Source: Promethearchaeia archaeon
GTDB lineage: Archaea; Asgardarchaeota; Lokiarchaeia; Sigyniarchaeales; SOKP01
Direction of reading: 5' to 3'
Length of the DNA stretch: 64,000 nt
Assembly (NCBI GenBank): GCA_029856045.1
Contig: JAHQWG010000016.1
Location: 192,001-256,000, forward strand
The translations under genes and the position numbers were made by a program. The notes under the pieces are model-generated. The model made no database searches. It was not told the DNA's origin and saw nothing but the letters and a program-made list of their open reading frames with translations. Below, one piece after another: positions 40,997 through 49,963 of the stretch. Position 1 is the stretch's first letter. Each line of letters opens with the position of its first letter.

Positions 40997-41803
40997 ATGA
41001 GAGATTTTAGAATTATTCAGCATATCAACCTCTCACTGGATTCATTAAAAGATCCTATTTGTCTCCTCGGTATGCCTGGCATAGCCGATGTAGGCAAGTT
41101 CGCAATCGATCAAATCATTGGTCTCTTAAAGGCAAAACCATATTTAGAAATTATATTTAATGATTATCCAGCAGGAGCTATCGTTGATGATAGTATATTA
41201 TCTGCCCCTAAAGCAGAAATAATGTTTTGGAAGGATCCAAACAATATAAGAGATCTTTTGTTAATTACTGCTGATTCCCAAGCACTTAATCCCAAGGGAA
41301 TTTATAAAATATCAGATTTTATAGCAAGTCTAATGTATAAATTTAGAATAAAATTAATAATTTCTCTCGGAGCTTTTCCAACTAATAGTCCATCAAAATC
41401 TCCTTCGATATTTTTTAGTACAACAAATAAAGATTTTATTGATCAATTTATCAAGGACGGAAAATGTAAAAAGATTAAAAAAGGAGTTATCGTTGGAGCG
41501 AATGGTTTAATTCCCACATTAGTAAAAGCCAGATTTAATATTGATGGAATTGTATTTTTAGCAGAAACCGATAATATTGCGGTAATTAATGATGAGATTA
41601 CAGACTTGAAGGCGTCTATTACTTTAATTAATTTATTAAAAGATAACTTTAATTTACCAATTGAAAGAAAATATACATTAGAAAAAATTGATGAGATTAC
41701 TAAAAATCTACAAATCAAGAAAGAGAAATTAGAGCGTGATTTAGATAATTTCCACCTAATGGATAAAAATTCCGAAGAAAAAAGGAAATCATTATATATT
41801 TAA
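40997..41803 (+). CDS. PAC2-family proteasome assembly chaperone
   Basis: GMPGIADVGK, IISLGA, GANGL, LAET, C-terminal LYI (HbYX). Confidence 0.85.
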   Translation: MRDFRIIQHINLSLDSLKDPICLLGMPGIADVGKFAIDQIIGLLKAKPYLEIIFNDYPAGAIVDDSILSAPKAEIMFWKDPNNIRDLLLITADSQALNPKGIYKISDFIASLMYKFRIKLIISLGAFPTNSPSKSPSIFFSTTNKDFIDQFIKDGKCKKIKKGVIVGANGLIPTLVKARFNIDGIVFLAETDNIAVINDEITDLKASITLINLLKDNFNLPIERKYTLEKIDEITKNLQIKKEKLERDLDNFHLMDKNSEEKRKSLYI

Positions 41804-41879
41804 AATATTTATAGAATTTCTTATTTCTAAATCCAATAGAGTAAAATTTTTTAATAATAAATTATTATTGAATTTAGTT

Positions 41880-42026
41880 ATGTATTATTGTGCAAGAAAA
41901 GGTTGCAATAAAGAAGTTACTCCTGATGAATTAAAGGCATTGCCTGGCATTAAATGTTCTCACTGTGGATATAGAATCCTTTATAAAAAAAGACCTGGGG
42001 TAATTAAACGAATCAAGGCTAATTAA
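41880..42026 (+). CDS. rpoP: RNA polymerase subunit P (Rpo12)
   Basis: Manual translation MYYCARKGCNKEVTPDELKALPGIKCSHCGYRILYKKRPGVIKRIKAN (48 aa; not in ORF track). Confidence 0.92.
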   Translation: MYYCARKGCNKEVTPDELKALPGIKCSHCGYRILYKKRPGVIKRIKAN

Positions 42027-42041
42027 AAATATTAGGATGAT

Positions 42042-42977
42042 TTAATGTTCAATATTAAAATTTAATTTTAATATTAGCTCTTTATACCGAGTTCTTACGG
42101 TTGCTTCTGTTATTCCAGCAATATCTGCAATTGCTTTTTGGGTGCGACGTTCATCAGTTTGAATTGCAGCGATGTAAAGTGAAGCTGCAGCTAAACCTGT
42201 AGGCGCTTTTCCTACAGTAATATAATGTTTTTGAGCTAACTGTAGGATTTTTGCAGCTTTATTTTGAGTTCTACCTGATAAACTCAAATCCGCACAAAAT
42301 CTTGGAATAAAGTCGATTGGTGATGATACTCTCATATTTCTTATTTTTAATTCTTTTAATATTAATCTATAGCAACGCCCCAACTCTTTTTTTGTAATAG
42401 AAGAAAATTCGATAAAATCGTCTAAAGTCTTTGGTAAACCCTTTATTCTACAAGTAGTGAATAAGGAAGCTGCTAACATAGCTTCAATCGATCGACCCCT
42501 TATTAAATTCTTATAAGCCATCTTTCTATATACTATCGCAGCCGATTCTTTAATAGAACCTGGCAGATTTAATTGAGAACAATATCTATCTAGTTCATTC
42601 ATAGCATTTGCCAAATTTCTATCAATTGATTTATGTATCCGTGATCTAGTATGCCATTTTCTTAATCTATGAACTTCTGCTTTCATTTTTGGACTAATTT
42701 TTTTGCCATGTGCATCTTTATCTTTCCAATCTATTGTTGTACTTAATCCTTTATCGTGTAGTGTAAATGTAGAAGGAGCTCCAACTCGAATTTTTTTAGC
42801 TTTCTCTTCTGATGAAAACGCTCTCCAATCTGGTCCGGAATCAATAATTCTTTGATTAATTACTAATCCACAAGTGTTACAAATGATTTCCCCTCTAGAT
42901 AAATCTGAAATAATCGAGAAATTACCACATTCCGGACATTTCTCAAAATTTATCTCGTTTTCATCTTTAGTAGTCAC
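42042..42977 (-). CDS. tfb: Transcription initiation factor B
   Basis: CPECG..C..CG Zn ribbon, ID.GPDWRAF, HDKGLST, cyclin repeats GRSIE and GKAP.GLAAA. Confidence 0.96.
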   Translation of the reverse strand: MTTKDENEINFEKCPECGNFSIISDLSRGEIICNTCGLVINQRIIDSGPDWRAFSSEEKAKKIRVGAPSTFTLHDKGLSTTIDWKDKDAHGKKISPKMKAEVHRLRKWHTRSRIHKSIDRNLANAMNELDRYCSQLNLPGSIKESAAIVYRKMAYKNLIRGRSIEAMLAASLFTTCRIKGLPKTLDDFIEFSSITKKELGRCYRLILKELKIRNMRVSSPIDFIPRFCADLSLSGRTQNKAAKILQLAQKHYITVGKAPTGLAAASLYIAAIQTDERRTQKAIADIAGITEATVRTRYKELILKLNFNIEH

Positions 42978-43148
42978 AAAAAGTTAACCCTCAAACCAAG
43001 AAATCAACCTATTATTACAAAAAAAAGAAATAAACACTTTTAAATGTTTGGCTTTTGTTATTGTGTAAATTAATAATTTTCTTTAAAGATTTTGAAGATT
43101 TAATATCGACAAAAAATTTAAATAACTTTTATAGTTTTTAAATATTGA

Positions 43149-43637
43149 ATGACATTAAATTTTTTTAATCGTATTCATGGAAAGCATTGTTTATTAAGGG
43201 CTTTTAAAACTGTTTGTCCTAGATGTAAAAATGATGTGTTCTATTGGGAATGTTCTCATGGATCTAAGGTATTTTTTGAATATCCAATATATGGGCGATT
43301 AATCCGACATAAATGTAAAAAACACTTAAATATAGAAAACTTAAAAAAAAAAAATCATATTGAGGTAAAAATCCCTTTTTTTATAGAAAAAGATAATTTT
43401 GGTTGCCCAATTTGCGGAAAAATTTTTAATAAAAAAAATCAACTTGTTGATCACATAAAACAGTTAAAAAAAAGTGATGAAGCTCATCATAGCTTCTATA
43501 ATAATAAACTTAATTTTAAGACGGAGTCAGAAATATTCAATTATAATTTAACCAAAAATTTAAATGAAAATGATAATAAAAATCATTATAAACCGACTTT
43601 CGGTAAGATTACAATTATCAATAAAAAATCAAGTTAA
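43149..43637 (+). CDS. Zinc-finger protein (C2H2-like)
   Basis: CPRC...C.HGSKVFF and CPICGKIF....L..H. Confidence 0.65.
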   Translation: MTLNFFNRIHGKHCLLRAFKTVCPRCKNDVFYWECSHGSKVFFEYPIYGRLIRHKCKKHLNIENLKKKNHIEVKIPFFIEKDNFGCPICGKIFNKKNQLVDHIKQLKKSDEAHHSFYNNKLNFKTESEIFNYNLTKNLNENDNKNHYKPTFGKITIINKKSS

Positions 43638-43727
43638 TATAAAAATAATTACATTAAAAAATTAAAAATTTAATATATTTTAACAAATTTATTTTTAATA
43701 CAAACAAAAAAATAATTATTGATTTTT

Positions 43728-44333
43728 ATGTCTATTGATTATGAAGGAATTATATCTGAATTGATGCAAAGAGATCCATCTATAATTGCCATTGCGGTTA
43801 TAACAGGAGCTCGAGATATTGTTTATTCAACAGATAATTGGGATATTAGCTCAGATATTAGTAAAGTTTCATCTGCATGGAGTTCAATGAATGCTCAGTT
43901 TGTAATGATTTCTGGTGTAAAATACTCCATGTTACAATGTACTATTGAAAGAATGGTATGTACTAACATAAAAGGGCAGGGACACATTGTTGGGGCTAAG
44001 GATGATGAGCATAAAATTATTGCATATGTCGAACCCGAAGCGGATATAAATGGTGCTTATATGGATACAGCTCGAACCTTATCTAAACTAAGTTCAAAAA
44101 CCCCCTATTTGGAAGAAAATGCCCGATTAGGAACTTCCCAACCAGTAGCTCCCGTTTCTGGAGGAGAAACTATTGATCCTCAACTAAAAAGTGAAATTAC
44201 GGCTTTTCTTGATTGGATAAAAGCCGAAGATGGGCTTTCGGGATATCTAAGTTATTATCTTCAACAAAATAATGCAAATATCATGAGCGAATTGGCAAAA
44301 ATTTATAATGATTTACGCAATATTTGTCAATAA
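43728..44333 (+). CDS. Asgard profilin with C-terminal extension
   Basis: STDNWDIS, ISGVKYSMLQ, ER...TNIKGQGH, AYVEP resemble Lokiarchaeal profilin motifs as recalled; ~80 extra C-terminal residues. Confidence 0.75.
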   Translation: MSIDYEGIISELMQRDPSIIAIAVITGARDIVYSTDNWDISSDISKVSSAWSSMNAQFVMISGVKYSMLQCTIERMVCTNIKGQGHIVGAKDDEHKIIAYVEPEADINGAYMDTARTLSKLSSKTPYLEENARLGTSQPVAPVSGGETIDPQLKSEITAFLDWIKAEDGLSGYLSYYLQQNNANIMSELAKIYNDLRNICQ

Positions 44334-44558
44334 TTGGTATTTAACACAATTTTTTAAGTGAATATACTTGTATTTTCTTTTTTCCTTTAAAATTCTTTTT
44401 TAACAATTTCTAATTTTAAATTTTTATTATGAAAATAAAAAATTATTTTAATCTCAATGTTTCTTAAATTAAATAAATAGTAATGAAAACAAATTAAGTG
44501 GTGAAATCAAATAAAGCTATATATAATTCAAGATAATAAAATCATATCTTCTAAAAAA

Positions 44559-45692
44559 TTGTCTTATGATAATTTTATATTTATATTTGATGCTCAAAAT
44601 GAAATTGGGGGTTTTTGGAAAGGTGAATTTGCTGAAGAATTTGATGAAATTTTTGCTAAGGAAATTATAGAAAAAATTATTAAGAAATTTGGTGAATTAG
44701 ATTTTAGGATTTTCGATACATTAGATCCAAAAAATGAAGAAGATAATAATAACAAAATCTTAAAAATTGAAATCTTAAAAAGATTACCTAATAAGACCCT
44801 TTGGAAAATTAAAAGAAGAATTTCGTCCTTATTTGTATCTAAAAAAATTATATCTAAAATTGGAGAATTTCGTACATTTGATAGTTCATGGAAATGGCGT
44901 AGAGACTTATTAAATTTAGATAATATTAATAAATTGTCAATTACAAATATATTAATTATGTTTTTTACCATATTCTTTATTTATAATATAGGAATTTTAC
45001 AATTGTATGATGGAACTCTTTCTTTTTTGTTTATTATTTTTATTTTATTAGCTTTAACTATAGTTAACTTAATATTTGTTTTATTTCCAATGAGATTTCC
45101 TGGAATTATAAAAAAAATAATTAATTTAGAAGATAAGGAACATGAAGAGGAAGAAGTCCAGACAAGAAAAATTGAAGAAATAAAGGTCATTAAAGAACCT
45201 CTTAAACCATCTGTCCCTATCTTACCTTCAGAGCAGAAATTCGAAGTATCGTCAAAACTTCTATCTTTAATTAAATCTAATACTTCATCAAAAAAAAATG
45301 AAAAGGAAAAAACAAAAAAAGAAAAAGAAAAATCATTAGAATCTCTTAAAGATGGAAAATCTGACCTAAAAATCCCAGAAGTTCCAGTAGCTCCTCCAAA
45401 ACAGATAGTAAAACTCGATTCCCCCGAAATTTCTCCCGAACTCTTAAAAAAAATAACTAAAGGAGAAACTAAAGAAATAAAATATATGCTTGTTAAATGT
45501 GATAGATGTAATAAAATAATTGCATTTCCTGTTCCAAAGAAAAAAGTTCTTAAATCAGAATTACCTGTTGTTCCCATTTCATATATTCATGGAAAGGGAA
45601 AGGAAAGACACTGTTTAACAGCTCATGTTGATCATGATTTTGATATTAGACGACGGCGGGTTTCTGATGTTGTATTTGAAGAATTGGAGTAA
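44559..45692 (+). CDS. Membrane protein with probable N-terminal gelsolin-like domain and C-terminal Zn-binding domain
   Basis: Two hydrophobic helices, Pro/Lys-rich linker, CDRC..H..HC domain; frame is open upstream to an ATA at 44511. Confidence 0.6.
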   Translation: MSYDNFIFIFDAQNEIGGFWKGEFAEEFDEIFAKEIIEKIIKKFGELDFRIFDTLDPKNEEDNNNKILKIEILKRLPNKTLWKIKRRISSLFVSKKIISKIGEFRTFDSSWKWRRDLLNLDNINKLSITNILIMFFTIFFIYNIGILQLYDGTLSFLFIIFILLALTIVNLIFVLFPMRFPGIIKKIINLEDKEHEEEEVQTRKIEEIKVIKEPLKPSVPILPSEQKFEVSSKLLSLIKSNTSSKKNEKEKTKKEKEKSLESLKDGKSDLKIPEVPVAPPKQIVKLDSPEISPELLKKITKGETKEIKYMLVKCDRCNKIIAFPVPKKKVLKSELPVVPISYIHGKGKERHCLTAHVDHDFDIRRRRVSDVVFEELE

Positions 45693-45727
45693 TTATGGAT
45701 AATATATTATACCTTTTAATTCCTTCT

Positions 45728-45943
45728 CTATAAGAAGTAAATAAATATTAATGCAATTGAAATCGGTACAATACATAAAATAAGAAGAAATAATAACCAA
45801 CTCTTGGTCCAATTTATAAAACTATTTGGATATAAAATTGCGTTACATTCTGGGCATCGCTGAATACTCTTATCAATAATTTCTAATTTACAATTCCAAC
45901 AAAGAGTCTTTTTAAAATATTCTTCTTTTTTCAATGAAAACAA
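45728..45943 (-). CDS. Small Zn-ribbon protein with C-terminal TM anchor
   Basis: CWNC..CPEC followed by a hydrophobic C-terminus. Confidence 0.65.
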   Translation of the reverse strand: MFSLKKEEYFKKTLCWNCKLEIIDKSIQRCPECNAILYPNSFINWTKSWLLFLLILCIVPISIALIFIYFL

Positions 45944-46028
45944 TCTTAATTTTATTGAATATTAATTAAAACCAATAAACATTAATACTTATATTATTGG
46001 AATAAAATATTTTATATAAAAAATTTAG

Positions 46029-46859
46029 TTGTTGATAATGTCTGGTTATATAGGTAAATCAATTAGACTTGAAAGAATTATGGATAGAAATACCAGAAAA
46101 ACAATCATTATACCCTTAGATCACGGCTTAACTGTTGGACCTGTTAAAGGATTAGAGAATAATTTAGGAGAAATAGTTAATAAAATTGCTGAGGGTGGTG
46201 CAAATGCTGTTTTAGGTCATATAGGCATACCATTATATGCCCACAGGAAATATGGTCAAGATATTGGTTTAATACTTCATTTATCAGGTTCAACTAATTT
46301 AAGTCCTAATCCAAATTATAAGGTTTTGACTAATAATGTTAATGATGCCTTGAAAATGGGTGCTGATTGTGTTTCAATTCATATTAATTTGGGAACAGAT
46401 ACAGATCCAGAGATGCTTCAAACTTTGGGCTCTCTCTCAAGAGAATGCAGAGAATGGGGAATGCCACTTTTAGCAATGATGTATCCTAGAGGTGAAAAAA
46501 TCATAAAAGATGGCAAAGATGAATATGATGTTGATGTGGTTAAAATTGCCGCAAGAGTTGCTGCTGAACTCGGTGCAGATATTGTAAAAACAAACTGGAC
46601 TGGTGATATTGATTCTTTCAAAGAAGTTGTGAAAGGATGTATGGCTCCCGTGATTATTGCTGGAGGTGAAAAGCGAGGTCTTTGGGGGATTTTAGAGATA
46701 ACTAAAGCATCAATAGACGCAGGAGGTTCAGGTGTTGCTTATGGTAGGAACGTGTTTCAAGCAGATGATCCAACGGCAGTTGTAAAAGCATTAGCCCTTA
46801 TCGTTCATCAAGGGTACGAAGTGGAAGAAGCGGTAAGAGAAGTAAATCTTTCAGTATAA
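46029..46859 (+). CDS. DhnA-type class I aldolase (ADH synthase AroA'/FBP aldolase family)
   Basis: [38 protein letters not shown]. Confidence 0.88.
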   Translation: MLIMSGYIGKSIRLERIMDRNTRKTIIIPLDHGLTVGPVKGLENNLGEIVNKIAEGGANAVLGHIGIPLYAHRKYGQDIGLILHLSGSTNLSPNPNYKVLTNNVNDALKMGADCVSIHINLGTDTDPEMLQTLGSLSRECREWGMPLLAMMYPRGEKIIKDGKDEYDVDVVKIAARVAAELGADIVKTNWTGDIDSFKEVVKGCMAPVIIAGGEKRGLWGILEITKASIDAGGSGVAYGRNVFQADDPTAVVKALALIVHQGYEVEEAVREVNLSV

Positions 46860-46891
46860 ATTTAAATAGAAATGAGAAGAGAATAGTAAAG

Positions 46892-47257
46892 ATGAATATA
46901 ATTGCTGAAAAGAAGGTTCAAATAGATAATATTACTATTTATCTTACTTTACTAAAATTATATCGAGGCTATGTTCTTTTTATATCTGATCAAGAAAATT
47001 TTGGATTAGGTTCTATTACTTTAAGCACACCACCTTTAAATGATGTTCTAAAATCAACATCTGTTTCGTATCAACTGTTTGGAATGGAACATAACTTATT
47101 ATCTAAAATGATTGTAGAAAAAGCAGCGAGTAATTTAAAAGAACCAGTTATATTATTATTTTTTTTAAAGGAAAAAGAAAAGGAGAAGGAACTCATTAAG
47201 CCAATTATAACATTGCTCAATCAAATTTTAGAGGAATATGAGAATTTTAAAAAATAA
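46892..47257 (+). CDS. Proteasome assembly chaperone 4-like protein
   Basis: beta-rich N-terminus, LGSITLSTP, S..LFG....LS..I.EK.A..L..PV pattern recalled for PAC4-like proteins. Confidence 0.5.
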   Translation: MNIIAEKKVQIDNITIYLTLLKLYRGYVLFISDQENFGLGSITLSTPPLNDVLKSTSVSYQLFGMEHNLLSKMIVEKAASNLKEPVILLFFLKEKEKEKELIKPIITLLNQILEEYENFKK

Positions 47258-47358
47258 TGACAATAGGAATAAATTAGTATGATACTTCAAATTCCTCCTT
47301 CAAAATTTCTTTGAATTTAATAAATATCATCCAAAAAATCTAGAAAGTAGGGATATAA

Positions 47359-47574
47359 ATGAGTATTGATTGGATTCCAGCAAGAAAAATTACTCCAAAA
47401 GAAAGGGGGAATAGAGGAATTTTTCCATCACATAAAGTTCCAAGCGGATTTGCGGGATATGAGTCGTGCTTAGAACGGGATATCATACTATTGTTACATC
47501 ACGCTCCTGATGTTAAGAGATTCCAACATCAACCTAAAACAATAGTCTATAAGAATAGCAAAGGTTGGTTCTAA
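47359..47574 (+). pseudogene. Truncated TnsA-like (Tn7-type) endonuclease fragment
   Basis: RK..G.FPS.K...YESCLERD..LL.....V..F..QP..I.Y TnsA N-terminal motif; stops before the expected PD..ExK catalytic residues. Confidence 0.72.
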
Positions 47575-47609
47575 AAAGGTAGAAGAAAAAGCATAAAGAA
47601 AGATAAAGG

Positions 47610-48581
47610 TTAAGGCCTAAGCAGTCTCACCGTGGAGGATCCACCCCAACTCCTAGTGCAAAGCCTATTGCCTGGACGGTGCGAATCCAAACGAGCCCGC
47701 CCAAAGTCTCGATGCCACCACCCAGTCGGCACAAGGTCACTTTTTACACGTTTTACATATTTTACATATTGACCAAGAAACCATAAGGCATTGTTATCAT
47801 ACCTGTCATTACTTACTTCATTGGTTGTTTCGAGGTGGAAAAGAAATTTTGTAATAAAATCTTCAAGTGTTTTTCCTGTTTCTCCTTGATAAGCTTGCGT
47901 CTGTAATGTTCGTAAGTAATCACGAGGAGAAGAGCCTATTTCTAATTGTCTTCTGCCTCCTAATGTCTTTCCTCGGCCTTGTTGAGGCATAATGGGTAAA
48001 CTTTCAACTAATCCCACAGACCAGCCTGGAACGGCACAAATACGTCCATTATTGACTACTTCTAATTTGGTCTGTCCCCGATGATTGCTTGAATATTCTT
48101 GAGGAAAATATACAAGCTCGTCTGTATCTAGTGCCTGTCTTAAGGTATCCCATATCCAGACATGTTTTTCGGTATTGACACGAACAGGTATTAAAGGATC
48201 AGAAGGAGAATGTCTGGTTTGATAAATCTTTCCTTCTGCTGCGTGTTTAAGAATAGCTGCTTTCATTCGATCAATAAGAAGGGATGTTGGCATTGTCATG
48301 GGTGTTAGCTCTAAACGATCAAACCCTTGTGGAACTTTTCTACCTACAAGCTCTCTATTATGATCAAATAGTTCTACAACCTGTTCTTGGGTTGGTATTG
48401 GATACTCTTTTCCATCTATTCCAATCACCCCAATGCTTTCTGATTTCGGAAGAAGCGTGAGAATGCCGGTGCGGTTTAAGGCGGTAACGCAACGGGCATA
48501 TTCCCTTTCAACAGGAAATAACTGTTCTGATTGAGGATCTCCTTCCATGTGCGCTGATGCGTCTATAGGTTGTTTTGACAT
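47610..48581 (-). CDS. Hypothetical protein of probable foreign origin
   Basis: 323-aa ORF visibly richer in G+C than its neighbours, with different amino-acid bias. Confidence 0.7.
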   Translation of the reverse strand: MSKQPIDASAHMEGDPQSEQLFPVEREYARCVTALNRTGILTLLPKSESIGVIGIDGKEYPIPTQEQVVELFDHNRELVGRKVPQGFDRLELTPMTMPTSLLIDRMKAAILKHAAEGKIYQTRHSPSDPLIPVRVNTEKHVWIWDTLRQALDTDELVYFPQEYSSNHRGQTKLEVVNNGRICAVPGWSVGLVESLPIMPQQGRGKTLGGRRQLEIGSSPRDYLRTLQTQAYQGETGKTLEDFITKFLFHLETTNEVSNDRYDNNALWFLGQYVKYVKRVKSDLVPTGWWHRDFGRARLDSHRPGNRLCTRSWGGSSTVRLLRP

Positions 48582-48891
48582 ACCCTATTATACCATTTTT
48601 TAGTTAGATTGTCATAACTAACTAATATATTTAAAGATTATTATAAAGTGTTAGTTGTGTCAATAAGTTTCGATTATAAACATACAGGAAATGACAAAAA
48701 GTTTATTGAAGTTAAGTATTTGTATTGATTAGTATAAAACTATTAGGAAGTTGGATATTTAAATTCATTACTAAAATTTGGACATTCATTGCCAATAATT
48801 ACCAAGTGCATTGCTATTATTATTTAAAATAATCAGAATATAAAAGTAAAAAAAAATTAATAAATTTATTATATTACGAGGATTTCCTGAA

Positions 48892-49200
48892 TTGAAAAAA
48901 TTCATTCTTACAAATATCTTTGGAAATACGGTTCGAATTAAAATTCTTGAACTTCTTCTCGATAATATTTTAAAAAAAGAGGTTGAATGGGAGTTTATCT
49001 CTAAAATTGCTAAAGAAGCCGGAATATCTACTTCATCTTCAAAGCGGGTTATTGATTCACTCATAGAATCTAATATTGTCGATGAATTACCAATTAAAAC
49101 TCATGCAAAAAATCCAAAAAGAAGCATTCGATTAAATTTAGACAATAAAATCGTTAACGAGCTAATCTTTTTTTACCGGAAAATCCGAGCCTTTAAATAA
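48892..49200 (+). CDS. Winged helix-turn-helix regulator
   Basis: IFGNTVRIKILE, ISKIAKEAGISTSS..RVI..L HTH. Confidence 0.75.
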   Translation: MKKFILTNIFGNTVRIKILELLLDNILKKEVEWEFISKIAKEAGISTSSSKRVIDSLIESNIVDELPIKTHAKNPKRSIRLNLDNKIVNELIFFYRKIRAFK

Positions 49201-49216
49201 ATATTCATTTTTTAAA

Positions 49217-49381
49217 TGCAGGGAGTGGGATTCGAACCCACGAAGAGCTATCTCACCGGATATCCCATCTGAAATTAGTAAGATCAACGGAAATCATATT
49301 AATTAGATCTTGAGTCCAGCTAATGAGAAAGTTTTTTTCCCAAAAGAGTCCGGCACCGTTGACCAACTTGGTTATCCCTGC
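49217..49381 (-). tRNA. tRNA-Leu(CAA) with two introns (49314-49347 at 32/33; 49262-49308 at 37/38)
   Basis: Acceptor GCAGGGA/TCCCTGC, D-arm, anticodon stem CCGGA/TCCGG, long variable arm, T-arm GTGGG TTCGAAT CCCAC; removing 34+47 nt leaves an 84-nt tRNA with loop CT-CAA-GA; both introns fit BHB geometry. Confidence 0.88.
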
Positions 49382-49681
49382 TTGAAGAATTTTTAAATAA
49401 AATAATATTTCAATAAATAAAAATTATTTTATAATCACTTTTAACAGTCTTAGTCATAACACCTTATTCATAGGATTTATATTTACTAAGCTTGGTTATC
49501 TCTGCACTTTTTTAAATAGTATAATTTATTTTCATTAAAAATTCTTACGAATAATTATTAGTTTAACATAGTTTTAAATTCAAGATCAATCGAAAAAAGA
49601 AGATAACCTGTGACGTACGCCTACGGGGGTTGGAATCCCTCATATTGCATATTTTAAATAATCTTTTCTTTTGATTTAGAA

Positions 49682-49903
49682 CTATTGTAAAAGGAACATG
49701 ACAATGAAGATAACTACCATCATACCAATTAAAAAATACATCTGAATTTTGGATTTTTTTTTCTTTTTTTTCTCATAAGATTTTGCAGAATCCTTACATC
49801 CTTGACCACAATATTGCTTACCTTCTGGTATAGCCCTTCCACAGACAATACAATGTTCATGGGGACCGTATTTTTTTTGTATTTTTTCTTTCCAACTTGA
49901 CAA
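49682..49903 (-). CDS. DUF2116-family Zn-ribbon tail-anchored protein
   Basis: PHEHCIVCG.AIP....C...C, poly-Lys, C-terminal TM. Confidence 0.85.
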   Translation of the reverse strand: MSSWKEKIQKKYGPHEHCIVCGRAIPEGKQYCGQGCKDSAKSYEKKKKKKSKIQMYFLIGMMVVIFIVMFLLQ

Positions 49904-49963
49904 TAACTTAGACTCCTAATAATAATTATAGATAAATAATAAAATAAAATTAAAAAGGTTTGT

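Noticed and set aside
48640-48710. GACAA-type motifs resembling TnsB binding sites
   Set aside because: Too degenerate, with no convincing paired transposon ends
48786-49064. 92-aa minus-strand ORF
   Set aside because: Antisense to the wHTH gene
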